From Nostoc sp. DedSLP01 (GTDB lineage: Bacteria > Cyanobacteriota > Cyanobacteriia > Cyanobacteriales > Nostocaceae), in assembly GCA_034530875.2 (NCBI GenBank), contig JAVRCJ020000057.1, positions 1 through 36,626 of the forward strand: 36,626 nucleotides of DNA, given 5' to 3'. Under the pieces are notes generated by a model, which was not told where the DNA came from, searched no databases, and worked only from the letters and a program-made list of their open reading frames with translations. Shown one piece after another: positions 22,915-33,240 of the stretch (the first letter of the stretch is position 1; each line of letters starts with the position of its first letter). Made by a program: the position numbers and the translations under genes.

Positions 22915-25230
22915 TTAAAAACCTGTGTTATTAGCTGGAGGACGCTTAAATGGGTTACTGGGTGGCAGAGTAGGGGGAATTTGGTTCGGGGGAAGTATGG
23001 GAGTAGGCACTACTTTTTTGAGGACTGTGATGGCAAATCCTCGCTGCTGGGGTTGCTGCTTACCAGAGATATCGTTGACTTGCAGGGCAATTTGAGGCGG
23101 AAAAGCTAGATTAACTGGCAGCTTTATGGAACCAACTGGTTTAACATCGTTGCCATAAGGTTGAAGTTTAACCTGAATATTTTCTCCTTCTACTATCCAG
23201 TTGAGAGTGGCAGTTGTTCCTTCATTAAGAACTACATTTGGTTGTTCGCTACCGTTAATTGTGAAAGAGACAATCTTAAATGGTTTCGGTAAGATTTCGA
23301 TTTTAGATTCAGTCTTTTTAGCATCAATTTTGGGGCTGCCATTATTCGGAAAAGCTTTAATTTCAAATGCAAATGTTCCGGCTTTATATGCTGGCAGAGG
23401 AATATTTTTACATAAAAGTTGTTGATTTTGCTGCGTGCAGAGTTTTTGTAGCTTGGGGTCGGCAATACTACCGCGATTGAATTTATAAGTAATTGGTTGT
23501 CCGTAAGATGTACCATCATCTGCACTACCGATAACTTGAATTTGTCCGAGCAATAACGGACGAGCGATCGCCCAACTTAAAAGAATATTTTGACCTTTTG
23601 TATATTGGGTTTTATCTGCTTGAAAAGCAATTATTTGAGCAATTTGTTTTTCAGCTACTTCTACTTGAGTGGTTTGGCTTACTACCTGCTCTTTTGGAGA
23701 AAATAACTTTATGCCATTACGATAAAAAGCTTGTAATTCAAAAGTATAATTGCCTTTGGTTTTTACTCCGGTTTTGACATTGCTACAAATTAGCTGTTGT
23801 TTTTCTTGCACCTGACAAGGAGGTATTTCATTTGCATTGGCTTTACCTAGCGATTCTGGAATACCATTGCTGAAATCATAAGTAACTGGCTGAACGGGTT
23901 GCGAACCTCTGGTTGTCAGAACCAGCCTGCGCAATTGTTGATAATTCTCAATCTCCCACCTCAAAGCTACTTCATCTTCGTCTTCAGTGATTCGAGGGTT
24001 ATTAGCAGTAAAATTTTCTAATCTCAAAGGATCGGGATTTAAAATTCGCCAAATGATGAATCCTATCCCTCCCAATAATCCCAAAATTACTAAAAGTAAC
24101 AAAAGAAATTGCCACCAAGGACGAGGTTTCCATATCAATGTTCCTTGCGGCAATGCGTTAGCTATAGGTAAATTTTGTTGGTCTTTGATATCAATTTGAA
24201 AGTTGATAGTTAACCCCGTACCAAACCACGGCCGTCGCCACCAAGGTCTAGGTTTGATTGTCAAATTGCTAATAGCATTTTTATTAGGTAATAATCTTAT
24301 CTCAGTAGTTTCAAAAGTATAAGTATATAATTGTTCTTCGTCTCGACTTTTGAGGCTTAAAATCAGTTCGCGGACAATGTTACCGCGATTAGCCAGTACT
24401 AAATCATACTTGCCAAGACTGCGGCTAATTTGCCCCAAAATGGTATGAAGTTCTATATCTAAACGATAATTTGTCGGAATTTGAATGTATACCAAATCTA
24501 GTAACACTAAGTCTGGAGAATTTTCCGAATACAAGCGAATTGTCGGAGAATAATTTCCAGCCAGGGTATCAGCGGGCGGGTGAAATTTCAACAATATTTG
24601 ACCTTGAGTACCAGGGTTGAGTTCGAGTGCAGTCACGTCAGATATTAACCCTTGTCCCTCGTATCCCGTTGCCGGATAATTAATCGCGAACCATTCGTCA
24701 TCTAAATCTGGGCAAGCCAAGCGGAAACGGTCTACACGAGGAGAACGATTGTCAACTACTACCTCAACTTGCAAAGGCTCGCTAAAATTGAAAATTAATT
24801 GCTTGTTGGGGTTGGTGTTAGGTCTAATAAAAAATGTCGGGTCATTCACCCGAATTGCGGTCTGTTCTTTTTGTAGAACTTTAACTTCGTTGCGGAAAGT
24901 TAGCGGCGTGTCTTGGGGATAATGCAGAGGTGAGTCTACAACTAGGGTATAGTCATAAGTTCCTTCAAAAGCATCAGGGGCAATTTGAAATTCAAATATT
25001 ACTTCGTCGCTATTTTGCCCTGGAGCTAATGCTATACTTTCTCGCGGAGAACTAGACCAACCAGTTATCTTTTGAAAGATTTCATCAAAAATAAAATATA
25101 AGTCAATAACTGCACTCTGGTCTCCCTGATTGCTGACAATTACATACAGAACAATGGTATCTCCAGGCATCCCAAATTGGATATCAGGTGGGTTGATATA
25201 AACTTGCAGTGGACTGAATTTAGCTTGCAT
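22915..25230 (-). CDS. Single-pass membrane protein: Ig-like beta domains, TM, repeated Cys-paired beta domains, Pro-rich tail
   Basis: No signal peptide; V.V.N motifs; TM KPRPWWQFLLLLLVILGLLGGIGFIIW; two C-x9-C repeats. Confidence 0.8.
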   Translation of the reverse strand: MQAKFSPLQVYINPPDIQFGMPGDTIVLYVIVSNQGDQSAVIDLYFIFDEIFQKITGWSSSPRESIALAPGQNSDEVIFEFQIAPDAFEGTYDYTLVVDSPLHYPQDTPLTFRNEVKVLQKEQTAIRVNDPTFFIRPNTNPNKQLIFNFSEPLQVEVVVDNRSPRVDRFRLACPDLDDEWFAINYPATGYEGQGLISDVTALELNPGTQGQILLKFHPPADTLAGNYSPTIRLYSENSPDLVLLDLVYIQIPTNYRLDIELHTILGQISRSLGKYDLVLANRGNIVRELILSLKSRDEEQLYTYTFETTEIRLLPNKNAISNLTIKPRPWWRRPWFGTGLTINFQIDIKDQQNLPIANALPQGTLIWKPRPWWQFLLLLLVILGLLGGIGFIIWRILNPDPLRLENFTANNPRITEDEDEVALRWEIENYQQLRRLVLTTRGSQPVQPVTYDFSNGIPESLGKANANEIPPCQVQEKQQLICSNVKTGVKTKGNYTFELQAFYRNGIKLFSPKEQVVSQTTQVEVAEKQIAQIIAFQADKTQYTKGQNILLSWAIARPLLLGQIQVIGSADDGTSYGQPITYKFNRGSIADPKLQKLCTQQNQQLLCKNIPLPAYKAGTFAFEIKAFPNNGSPKIDAKKTESKIEILPKPFKIVSFTINGSEQPNVVLNEGTTATLNWIVEGENIQVKLQPYGNDVKPVGSIKLPVNLAFPPQIALQVNDISGKQQPQQRGFAITVLKKVVPTPILPPNQIPPTLPPSNPFKRPPANNTGF

Positions 25231-25242
25231 GTCATCACTCCC

Positions 25243-27477
25243 TTATTTGATGCGGTGTAGTTTGACCTGAAAATCTTCGCTGCCACTGACAATCATGGTT
25301 CCTTGGTTGGTTTTCAAGTCGATACTATTGATTTTTTTAGAGGTTTGATAGATTGTTTGACCTTCTGCTGCCTTGGTTTTATCGAGTTGATGTTCGGGGG
25401 TGAGATACCAAACTACGACTCGTCCATCATCGCCACCACTGACTAGCAGATTACCATCTTCACTAAATGCCAGACTACGCACAGATGTTTTTGAGGCTTG
25501 CCAGCGGTCTAGTGGGGTACAATTTAGTTCGTTTACTTGTTCCTGAGGATCGCGATTTTTGATAACTTTGCAGCTATTTAAATTCCAAATTGTGATGTAT
25601 CCCGCAGAATCAGAGGTGGCAAGGATTTTTTCTACCGAGTTAGGAACAAAAGCTAATGCCCAAATATAATCTTCACGCCCTACTCTTTCATCTAATTTTT
25701 CCAGATTTTGGACTGATAAATTTGGAAATTGTTTATTAGTTTGATTGGGATTCCACTGCCATAATATGAAGCGCTTAAAGTTTCCAGCAACGACAACAGT
25801 TGTAGCGTCTGGACTCAGGGCTAAGGCGCGGACTTGGAAACCTGATAATTTTAATGTAGTTTGGATATCGATCGCTTGCGGTTGTGGCTGAAAATCGGTA
25901 TTGGGCGCTGGTCTTGACCATAATCTCACTTTACCACTGCCATAACCACTAAATAAATTAAGTGAGTTGGGAGTAAAAGCTAAATCAAAAACGCGATCGC
26001 CTTTTGCTTTAGGATCTTTAAAATCTTGCAACTCGCTAATCTTTTTACCTGAGGGTACATCCCTTAATTCAATTACACCATTATCTAGACCAACCGCAGC
26101 GCGATTGTTTTCTAATGGCATAAAACGTAAAACTTCTACGGCATCATCGGTAATTGCCATCAGACCTTTAGGCTGTTGCAGTTTATCGCAAGCTACAGGC
26201 TGCCCAGAATATGTTACTCTGTCATCGGGTTCTAAGCGATCGGTGCCAATGCTCCAAAGCCTCAAGGTGCAATCATCCGAACCACTGACTACAGACAAAC
26301 CAATGCCACTAAAACGCACTGAGTTTACAGAACGCGTGTGCATAACACCGCTTGGTTGTAATATCCATGCTATCAATGCTGCTAGTAATGCGATCGCTGC
26401 TAACTGCAACCACAAAGGTATAATCGGCAAAACCCGCACTTCTAATGTCTGAGTGGCGGGGTCTGTACTACCTAAACGTTGGTCGGATAATTCCGATTTC
26501 GCTTCTAGCAATAAAGTTTTGCCTATTCCTACCCAAGGGCGTTTTGTTTTCACATCAAGGATGACTTTGGTTGTTTCTCCTAAATTCAAATTAGCGGCTT
26601 CAGGAAATTTCTTAAAACTACATTTTCGTTCGTCTCTACCTTGAATTTGCACGTTAAGTTGCTGATATAAGTTACTAGCATTTTTAAATAGCAATTCAAA
26701 GGACGCTGTATCAGATTTCCAGTTAGGCAGCCATGCCGATTTTTGGGGAATTTTTAGCTGTTTTTGTGTGGTGGTAAATTCTACAAAACCCACAGGTAAA
26801 ACTTCAATATTGCCTTGGATACTAGTCGGGTAACCATTATTGCTAACAGCTTCGATCGCAAAAGGATAGTTTTGACTCGGCGCTTGCACCACAGAAGGAG
26901 GTTGACATTGAAATATAACTTCTGCTAAACCACCCGGGTCTACAGGTAATCGCCGTTCTGCATTGTTAGCCAGCCAAGCAGGATCGATACCTGTAAAACG
27001 TAGCACCACATTTGTTGGCTGTTGGCTCAAGTTTCGTACTCGTACTGGTATATCTACAGAATTGCGAGGATAAACTTGGAACTCTCGCACGGGTAATTCT
27101 AAACTTAAATATGTTGGTCTATTGTCTCGCTCAATTTTCAGCCGCAGTACAAGTCTGCATTGCTGTGCTAGCTGTGGTGAAAAAATCTTCACCATCAAGT
27201 TAACAGTACCGACAAATCCGACTATCGGTGTATTAAATATGAAAACTTGGAATACCGTACTGCTGCCTGGAGGTTTAGCGGCTGCCACTTCTGGTTGCAG
27301 CCTATACCAGCGATATCCTGGGTCGCGGGTTTCTCCGGCGGCAGTAATTTCTATCTGGAAATTCACAAAGCGATCGCTGTCATTATTGACAGTTACCTCA
27401 AAGGAGGCAGGAGTATCGCCCGGACGAAAGGTTAAATTTTCAGTTGAAAGGCTGGCATTGATAACACTTTTTTCCAT
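25243..27477 (-). CDS. Single-pass membrane protein: Ig-like beta domains, TM, WD40 beta-propeller
   Basis: TM PLWLQLAAIALLAALIAWIL; WD units VVSGSDDCTLRLW and LVSGGDDGRVVVW; GGGAG RBS in the 12-bp gap to the next gene. Confidence 0.85.
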   Translation of the reverse strand: MEKSVINASLSTENLTFRPGDTPASFEVTVNNDSDRFVNFQIEITAAGETRDPGYRWYRLQPEVAAAKPPGSSTVFQVFIFNTPIVGFVGTVNLMVKIFSPQLAQQCRLVLRLKIERDNRPTYLSLELPVREFQVYPRNSVDIPVRVRNLSQQPTNVVLRFTGIDPAWLANNAERRLPVDPGGLAEVIFQCQPPSVVQAPSQNYPFAIEAVSNNGYPTSIQGNIEVLPVGFVEFTTTQKQLKIPQKSAWLPNWKSDTASFELLFKNASNLYQQLNVQIQGRDERKCSFKKFPEAANLNLGETTKVILDVKTKRPWVGIGKTLLLEAKSELSDQRLGSTDPATQTLEVRVLPIIPLWLQLAAIALLAALIAWILQPSGVMHTRSVNSVRFSGIGLSVVSGSDDCTLRLWSIGTDRLEPDDRVTYSGQPVACDKLQQPKGLMAITDDAVEVLRFMPLENNRAAVGLDNGVIELRDVPSGKKISELQDFKDPKAKGDRVFDLAFTPNSLNLFSGYGSGKVRLWSRPAPNTDFQPQPQAIDIQTTLKLSGFQVRALALSPDATTVVVAGNFKRFILWQWNPNQTNKQFPNLSVQNLEKLDERVGREDYIWALAFVPNSVEKILATSDSAGYITIWNLNSCKVIKNRDPQEQVNELNCTPLDRWQASKTSVRSLAFSEDGNLLVSGGDDGRVVVWYLTPEHQLDKTKAAEGQTIYQTSKKINSIDLKTNQGTMIVSGSEDFQVKLHRIK

Positions 27478-27995
27478 ATTTTTCCATATTGTTTATTATT
27501 TATAATATTTATTTATATTTTTTTGCACAATTAGTAGTATTAGAAAATTAATATTTGCAACAAACCAACATCAATCTATTTGGCTTAGTTACTGTAGTTT
27601 ATATATTAAGATATATTTTGCGATCTATCTATCAATTGATAGAAAACTATGGGTAAAATTATTAAATAATATAGTGATTAATTAATCCTATCTAGGATTA
27701 TTATCAAGAAATTAAAAAAACTGAGTTTTGGGCATAAAAAACCAGATTGATGATTTGAAAACCTCACGCGTGGGTTTTTAACAATTATGATATAGCAATA
27801 TGATTTGATTGATGAAATTATTTGTGCGATCGCACAGTAAGGAATCAAACTTTTTTTCAAAAATCAAATATGAGTTCTACAGATATGATTTGATTAACCT
27901 AGTAATATTACTTAGATTTGCTACTTTACAAAATCAGTTTTACACCTAAAATGGAAGTAATATATTAATTACGAATTGCTACTAGGTGTATTCCC

Positions 27996-30530
27996 TTGAT
28001 TTGGCGTGAACTGAGTCGAAAAAGCACGTTAAAGTTGACAATATTTTTACTGCTACTGTTGATAGCATTAGTTGCGGTGTTACAACTTTCCGCAAGACAA
28101 CCGCAGCTAGTAGAACATCAAAGCAATTATGCGATACATACTCAACAGGATTTTAATCAACCTAGTTTTTACCCCGTTACAAAAATTCCTCCTGCAAAGC
28201 TTTACAAACCTGTTGCAGACTGGGTAGGAAGATTGATTTTACCAACAAAGCAGCAATTAGCAGATACAGCCGATTGGGTGTGGCTGGAAGTGCAACATGC
28301 ACCACCGACAGCACAAAGTTTGGTAGGCAAGATTGTGCGTCTGGAGTGGAAAAAAAATCAAGATTTACTAGCTCAAATTCAAGCTGTCAAGCGAGATATA
28401 AATTTTAGTACCCAAGTAATTGAAAGCCAAAAACAAGGAAATATTCATCCTTTTCGACTCAATGGAGTTCGTCAGGTAGGGAGGTTACGTTCTTTAGCTG
28501 GGGCAAATTTTCATGATGATACAATTGTTGCTTTAGATTCCGATACAATCATTGCAGAAAGTCAAGGAAATCCGCTTTTACAAATTGAACGCGAACCCGT
28601 TTTGGTGACTGGTAGATTTTATGGTTTGGTAAAAATTATTAAACCCCATCGCTCAACTTCTTCCTCTACCAAAAATCAAAAGGATACCGATTATTTTTTG
28701 GTACAGCATTACAATCCTATTTCTCAAAAGTTTGATGGTGTTTTAGAAACTATTCGTATTCCCCAACAAGTTATAGATTCGCGAAATTTTGCCCCTTCAA
28801 GTCCGCAGCAAATTGAAAAGTCACCTGCTGGGAATGAAGGGTGGTATATTTACGGTGCTGAAGATATCAATAATGTATTTACTGTAGGAGCGATCGCACC
28901 TCGTTCTCTCTTTGGTATCGAACCTACTCAAAGCATTACTGGCAAAGAATCAGCGCTGAATTACATCAAAACTGCGAATTGGCAAAATACAGAGAAAAAG
29001 AAAGGTAAAATCAATACTCTTTTCTTAAACCCAGTAGAAACTGGCAATCAATTGAGATCGAAATGGCAAGAAGGCGACAAAGCGATTTTACTGCACCTAT
29101 TTGGTGGAATTGGCGGACGTAAAGCTGAAACACTCGGAGTACCTTATACTGTCACCGGGCATTTTGCTTTTGGAATTGCAGAAGTTGTACGGGACGAGTT
29201 TACTGACGAATTACGCTTCGAGACGAAATATCACCAAATTTATGCCCATAACCCAGATGGAATTATTGCTGCAACGCATACATGGGCTGATTATATGGGT
29301 AACTTACAACGCGGTTGGCTGGCGACACGTCCGGTATCAGATATTCTGATAAAATTTGACCCTGTAACCCAAGATTATGATTTTGATGGAGTCAAACTTT
29401 CGCCTTTAGACCAGTTCCAGCAACAATTACAGCTGACAATGGCCCGTTATCGGGTCGGTGATGGTATTGGTGGGGCAATGGTATCACCTGCAACGTCCTG
29501 TATTCAAGACTCTAGCCAAGCGCTATATGCAGCGATACTAGCAATTAAAAATCAAGTTGCTGCAAGTCCTAAAATTCAAACTTGGTTAAATGCCAACCCT
29601 GACCGCCCGCAAGCCTTACGCTTTCAACAGTTAATTAAATTAGGTCAAGCTTTAGAAAAACAATTAGTACCTTTGGGGATAGTCCGGGCTGACTGGCAGA
29701 GTCAAGCAAGTATACTCGCGGGTACAGGAATCGGCAAAACCACGAAACCATTTCAAGATAGGAGTATTTGGGCTGGTTTGACAACATGGCGAACAATTAT
29801 GCCAAGACAAGCGCAGGACGAACTTACGGCAATATTTTTAAAACACGGTGCAATGATGCAAATATGGCGAACAAATCAAGTAGGGGGTTGGCAGGCTGAT
29901 ATTGCGCCCATTGCACCAACAGTAGTTTTCGGACAAATCCAGATTCCCTTTACCAACATTTCACCACTATCAATTCTTTTGAATCGTTTTTTAGCATCGT
30001 TAGTAGTTCCCAGGTTCCAAGATTGGTTAATTGTTGTTTTGTTGTTGGGAATTTATAGTGCGATCGCCATACCTATTGGCTTGAAGTTTAAATTTTTACA
30101 TATACAAATTTGGTCTGCGAATTGGACTAATAAAAGTTTATTGATATTGCGTTGCTTATTTGCGCCTGCAATTTTAGAAGAACTAATTTTTCGAGTTTTT
30201 CTGCTTCCTCATCCAACAGAAATTATTAATTACTTTGATTGGGTATTGTGGGGAATAGTGAGTTTATTATTATTTGTTGTTTATCATCCATTGAATGCTA
30301 AGACATTTTTTCAAGCCGGATTGTCTGCATTTTTTAATTTAGTATTTCTGGGTTTAGCTGCATTATTAGGAATTGTATGTACAGTTGCCTATGCGCTTAC
30401 AGGTTCGTTGTGGGTGATAGTTTTAATCCACTGGGTTGTGGTAGTAGTTTGGTTAATTGTTTTTGGAGGAATGGAAAAATTATCCAAGGAAGGCAGAGGG
30501 CAAGACGCAGAAGGGAATTTTGATTTCTGA
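27996..30530 (+). CDS. Large CPBP (CAAX protease/Abi) family intramembrane protease with a long soluble N-terminal region
   Basis: C-terminal multi-TM domain with LEELIFR, FVVYH and IHW; N-terminal hydrophobic anchor. Confidence 0.85.
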   Translation: MIWRELSRKSTLKLTIFLLLLLIALVAVLQLSARQPQLVEHQSNYAIHTQQDFNQPSFYPVTKIPPAKLYKPVADWVGRLILPTKQQLADTADWVWLEVQHAPPTAQSLVGKIVRLEWKKNQDLLAQIQAVKRDINFSTQVIESQKQGNIHPFRLNGVRQVGRLRSLAGANFHDDTIVALDSDTIIAESQGNPLLQIEREPVLVTGRFYGLVKIIKPHRSTSSSTKNQKDTDYFLVQHYNPISQKFDGVLETIRIPQQVIDSRNFAPSSPQQIEKSPAGNEGWYIYGAEDINNVFTVGAIAPRSLFGIEPTQSITGKESALNYIKTANWQNTEKKKGKINTLFLNPVETGNQLRSKWQEGDKAILLHLFGGIGGRKAETLGVPYTVTGHFAFGIAEVVRDEFTDELRFETKYHQIYAHNPDGIIAATHTWADYMGNLQRGWLATRPVSDILIKFDPVTQDYDFDGVKLSPLDQFQQQLQLTMARYRVGDGIGGAMVSPATSCIQDSSQALYAAILAIKNQVAASPKIQTWLNANPDRPQALRFQQLIKLGQALEKQLVPLGIVRADWQSQASILAGTGIGKTTKPFQDRSIWAGLTTWRTIMPRQAQDELTAIFLKHGAMMQIWRTNQVGGWQADIAPIAPTVVFGQIQIPFTNISPLSILLNRFLASLVVPRFQDWLIVVLLLGIYSAIAIPIGLKFKFLHIQIWSANWTNKSLLILRCLFAPAILEELIFRVFLLPHPTEIINYFDWVLWGIVSLLLFVVYHPLNAKTFFQAGLSAFFNLVFLGLAALLGIVCTVAYALTGSLWVIVLIHWVVVVVWLIVFGGMEKLSKEGRGQDAEGNFDF

Positions 30531-30570
30531 CCTCTGCCGCGACCTTAGCGAACTTGGGATTTAATGTGTT

Positions 30571-30714
30571 CGCGTGAGTTCGATGAACCTCTCCCTGCCT
30601 TGAACTTTAGTTCAAGTCTATCCCTCTCCGATTCGGAGAGGGACGGTTTTGCGTAGTAAAACCAGGGAGAGGTTTTTTGATTGAGCTTAGGAAATAAGCT
30701 ATCGAACTCACGTT
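30571..30714. mobile_element. MITE with a highly structured interior
   Basis: 12-bp TIR CGTGAGTTCGAT/ATCGAACTCACG, GTGTT on both flanks, nested hairpins inside. Confidence 0.75.
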
Positions 30715-30727
30715 GTGTTAATAAAAA

Positions 30728-32539
30728 TTAGTTGAGCTGACTTTGCTCGTTGTTTGAGTTTCTAGAAGATTGCCATTGATAGATAAAGGTTACTGCTGCT
30801 AAAGTCAGTCCAATTGCTAAGATGACTCCCAAGATTCGCAAAAAATTCGGACTACCTACCGCACTGGAGCGATCGCTTGCCCTTGGTTGGAAAATAGTAT
30901 CATCATTTTGTACGTGTGGTCTGTTTACAGGTCGCGGTTGATATAAAGTCCTATCTAGTGGTGCTTCTGGTCTACCTTGATTGGATGCAGGTCGCGGCTG
31001 AAACAAAGTCTTATCTGGCGGTACTTGCGGCGTACCTTGATTGGATGCGGGTCGCGGTTGAAATAAAGTCTTATCTGGTGGTGGCTGTACTCCGCCTTGA
31101 CTTGGTACAGGTCGCGGTTGAAACAAAGTCTTATCTGGCGGTACTTGCGGCGTACCTTGATTGGATGCGGGTCGCGGTTGAAACAAAGTCGCATCCGGTT
31201 TGCTGGGGTTGGAATTATTCACAGAACTCTGTTGAGGATTTTTAGTCTCTGGTTGATTTTGCTCGATTGGGTTTAATGGTCTGGGAAGAGTTTCGTAATT
31301 TGAACCCCGATCGTAGGCATCTGGAGGACGAATAATTGTATCGTCACCGGATTGTCTGGGAAGAGTTTCGTAATTTGAACCCCGATCGTAAGCATCTGGA
31401 GGACGAATAATTGTATCGTCACCGGATTGTCTGGGAAGGGTTTCGTAATTTGAACCTTGATTATAGGCAGCTGGAGGACGAATAATTGTGTCCTCGTTTA
31501 TGAGTGTTGGAAGGGTGTCGTAATTTGAACCTTGATTAGAGGCAGGTTTTGGCTGCAAAGTAACCCGTCCTGTTACACTGCTAGCGTTTGTGGCAAATTT
31601 GGCAGCAGCTTGTAGAGCTAGGTCGAGTTCGTGTACTGTGGCAAATCGGTTAGCTGGGTTCTTGTGGAGGCATTTCATCACCACAGCTTCCAATTGTTCG
31701 GGTAAATTCTCACAGCCTGGTTGCGATCGCAGTGGCTTTGGTGGCTCGTAAGCATGAGCTAATACCCAGGAAGCTTCGCTTACTTGATTACCCTTAATAC
31801 TAATCCCAAAGGGATCGGCGGCACTGAGCATTTCATATAGAATAATCCCTAAGCTGTAAATATCACCCCTAGCATCCAAATTTTTATCGCTTTGGATTTG
31901 TTCCGGAGGTGCGTAACGAAATGTGCCGATGAATGTACTCGTGATATTTGTAATGTTGGTGTTTTCGGAAGATTCGTTACGGATTTTGGCAACACCAAAA
32001 TCTAAAATCTTTACCCACTCTCCCAAATCTGTGGGCACCAAAAAGATATTATCTGGTTTCAGGTCGCGATGAATTACCTGAATATGCTCGGCAGTTTTTC
32101 CGCCATCGCGTTGCAGAGTCACTCCTTGATGGGCAAGCTGTAAACCCTTACAAACTTGCGCCATAATTTTGACAGCCCTCTCCACAGATAACCGTTTTTC
32201 CCGCAGCAATAATTGTCTGAGGGTTTGTCCCCGTAAATATTCCATCACATAAAATGGAAAGCCTTCTGGAGTGACTCCGCAATCACTAATTTTTACGATA
32301 TGGTCGCTTTGCAGAGCCGCACAAACTGCGACCTCTCGCTCAAAACGCTTTCTCATTTCTTGTGAAGCCACCAGCGTATCTTTGAGTAACTTCAACGCTA
32401 CCTGCTGACCTACACGGGTGTCCATTGCCAGGAAGACTTCTCCCATGCCACCTCCACCTAACCGTCGGTCTAGACGATAGCGCTGATTATCGCCGACGAA
32501 GCGGCCATTCCAAGAATTTGAAGAAGGTGGGGTTTTCAT
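30728..32539 (-). CDS. Hanks-type Ser/Thr kinase with a repeat-rich linker and a C-terminal TM anchor
   Basis: LGGGGMGEV, VALK, HRDLKPDN, DFG, GTFRYAPPE; TM ILGVILAIGLTLAAVTFIY. Confidence 0.96.
   Translation of the reverse strand: MKTPPSSNSWNGRFVGDNQRYRLDRRLGGGGMGEVFLAMDTRVGQQVALKLLKDTLVASQEMRKRFEREVAVCAALQSDHIVKISDCGVTPEGFPFYVMEYLRGQTLRQLLLREKRLSVERAVKIMAQVCKGLQLAHQGVTLQRDGGKTAEHIQVIHRDLKPDNIFLVPTDLGEWVKILDFGVAKIRNESSENTNITNITSTFIGTFRYAPPEQIQSDKNLDARGDIYSLGIILYEMLSAADPFGISIKGNQVSEASWVLAHAYEPPKPLRSQPGCENLPEQLEAVVMKCLHKNPANRFATVHELDLALQAAAKFATNASSVTGRVTLQPKPASNQGSNYDTLPTLINEDTIIRPPAAYNQGSNYETLPRQSGDDTIIRPPDAYDRGSNYETLPRQSGDDTIIRPPDAYDRGSNYETLPRPLNPIEQNQPETKNPQQSSVNNSNPSKPDATLFQPRPASNQGTPQVPPDKTLFQPRPVPSQGGVQPPPDKTLFQPRPASNQGTPQVPPDKTLFQPRPASNQGRPEAPLDRTLYQPRPVNRPHVQNDDTIFQPRASDRSSAVGSPNFLRILGVILAIGLTLAAVTFIYQWQSSRNSNNEQSQLN
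30930..31197 (-). repeat. 60-bp tandem repeat (~4.5 copies) within the kinase gene
   Basis: Encodes the PDKTLFQPRPASNQGTPQVP unit. Confidence 0.92.
31279..31540 (-). repeat. 75-bp tandem repeat (~3.5 copies) within the kinase gene
   Basis: Encodes YDRGSNYETLPRQSGDDTIIRPPDA; units start at 31279, 31354 and 31429. Confidence 0.92.
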
Positions 32540-32597
32540 TTGGGGGAACCCATCCTAAGGTATTTTTAGAGTGTTAAGTTTAATCAGAAATAGTACT

Positions 32598-32736
32598 AGT
32601 AGGAATCCGCTTTGATTTTTGAAGTTATTTGTGTACTTAAGAAATAGAGACGCGATTCATTGTGTCTGTACAACTTAGGTAATCACGGCGTTCGAGTAGA
32701 AATCGAGTTTTCCAAAAATCAAATAAAAATCCTGTA
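32598..32736. mobile_element. Degenerate MITE upstream of the kinase
   Basis: TAGGAATCCGCTTTGATTTTTGAA and TTCCAAAAATCAAATAAAAATCCTGTA are imperfect TIRs with a REP-like core. A similar end lies at about 27855-27881. Confidence 0.55.
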
Positions 32737-33240
32737 GTATTACGTAATAATTCAGACATTAGGAACAAAGTATCTTAAACTAGGCTCCTTATTTATTACA
32801 GTATTACAAATTTTTCGGTTCTTTGATTGTTGATTGTGTAAAGTCTTAGTAATTTATATTACTCATACTTGTCTAGTTATACTCAGCTTAGCATATCAGC
32901 AACTTAAAGTAATGCTAATAATTTGATAAAATGCTTAAAATTAAGCCCTATGATAGTTGATATTGGTTCCTGAATAGACATCGAGCTACAGACTAGGGAG
33001 TGGGGGCACAGGAGCAAGGGAGGCAGGGGAGGCAGGGGGAGAATAACTCCTGACTCAGCACTCGCTCAACGCTCCAAAAAAAGCTAACAGCACTGTTAAT
33101 CCCTGTTTAGTCAATCCAGTTAGTTTTGTTTCCCACCCAAATAGTCTGCTTTACGGAATATTTAAAGATTTGCAAAATATATTCTGTGAATGTGTCCTGG
33201 CGTACATGATTAATATGTGCTATTGCCATGAGGAACGAGG

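Noticed and set aside
30930..31540. CRISPR-like periodicity
   Set aside because: These are in-frame coding tandem repeats with no unique spacers and no cas genes.
32849..32862. NtcA-like GTA-N8-TAC site between the kinase and DUF4255 genes
   Set aside because: No -10 box at about 22 nt on either strand, and a chance match is likely in AT-rich DNA.
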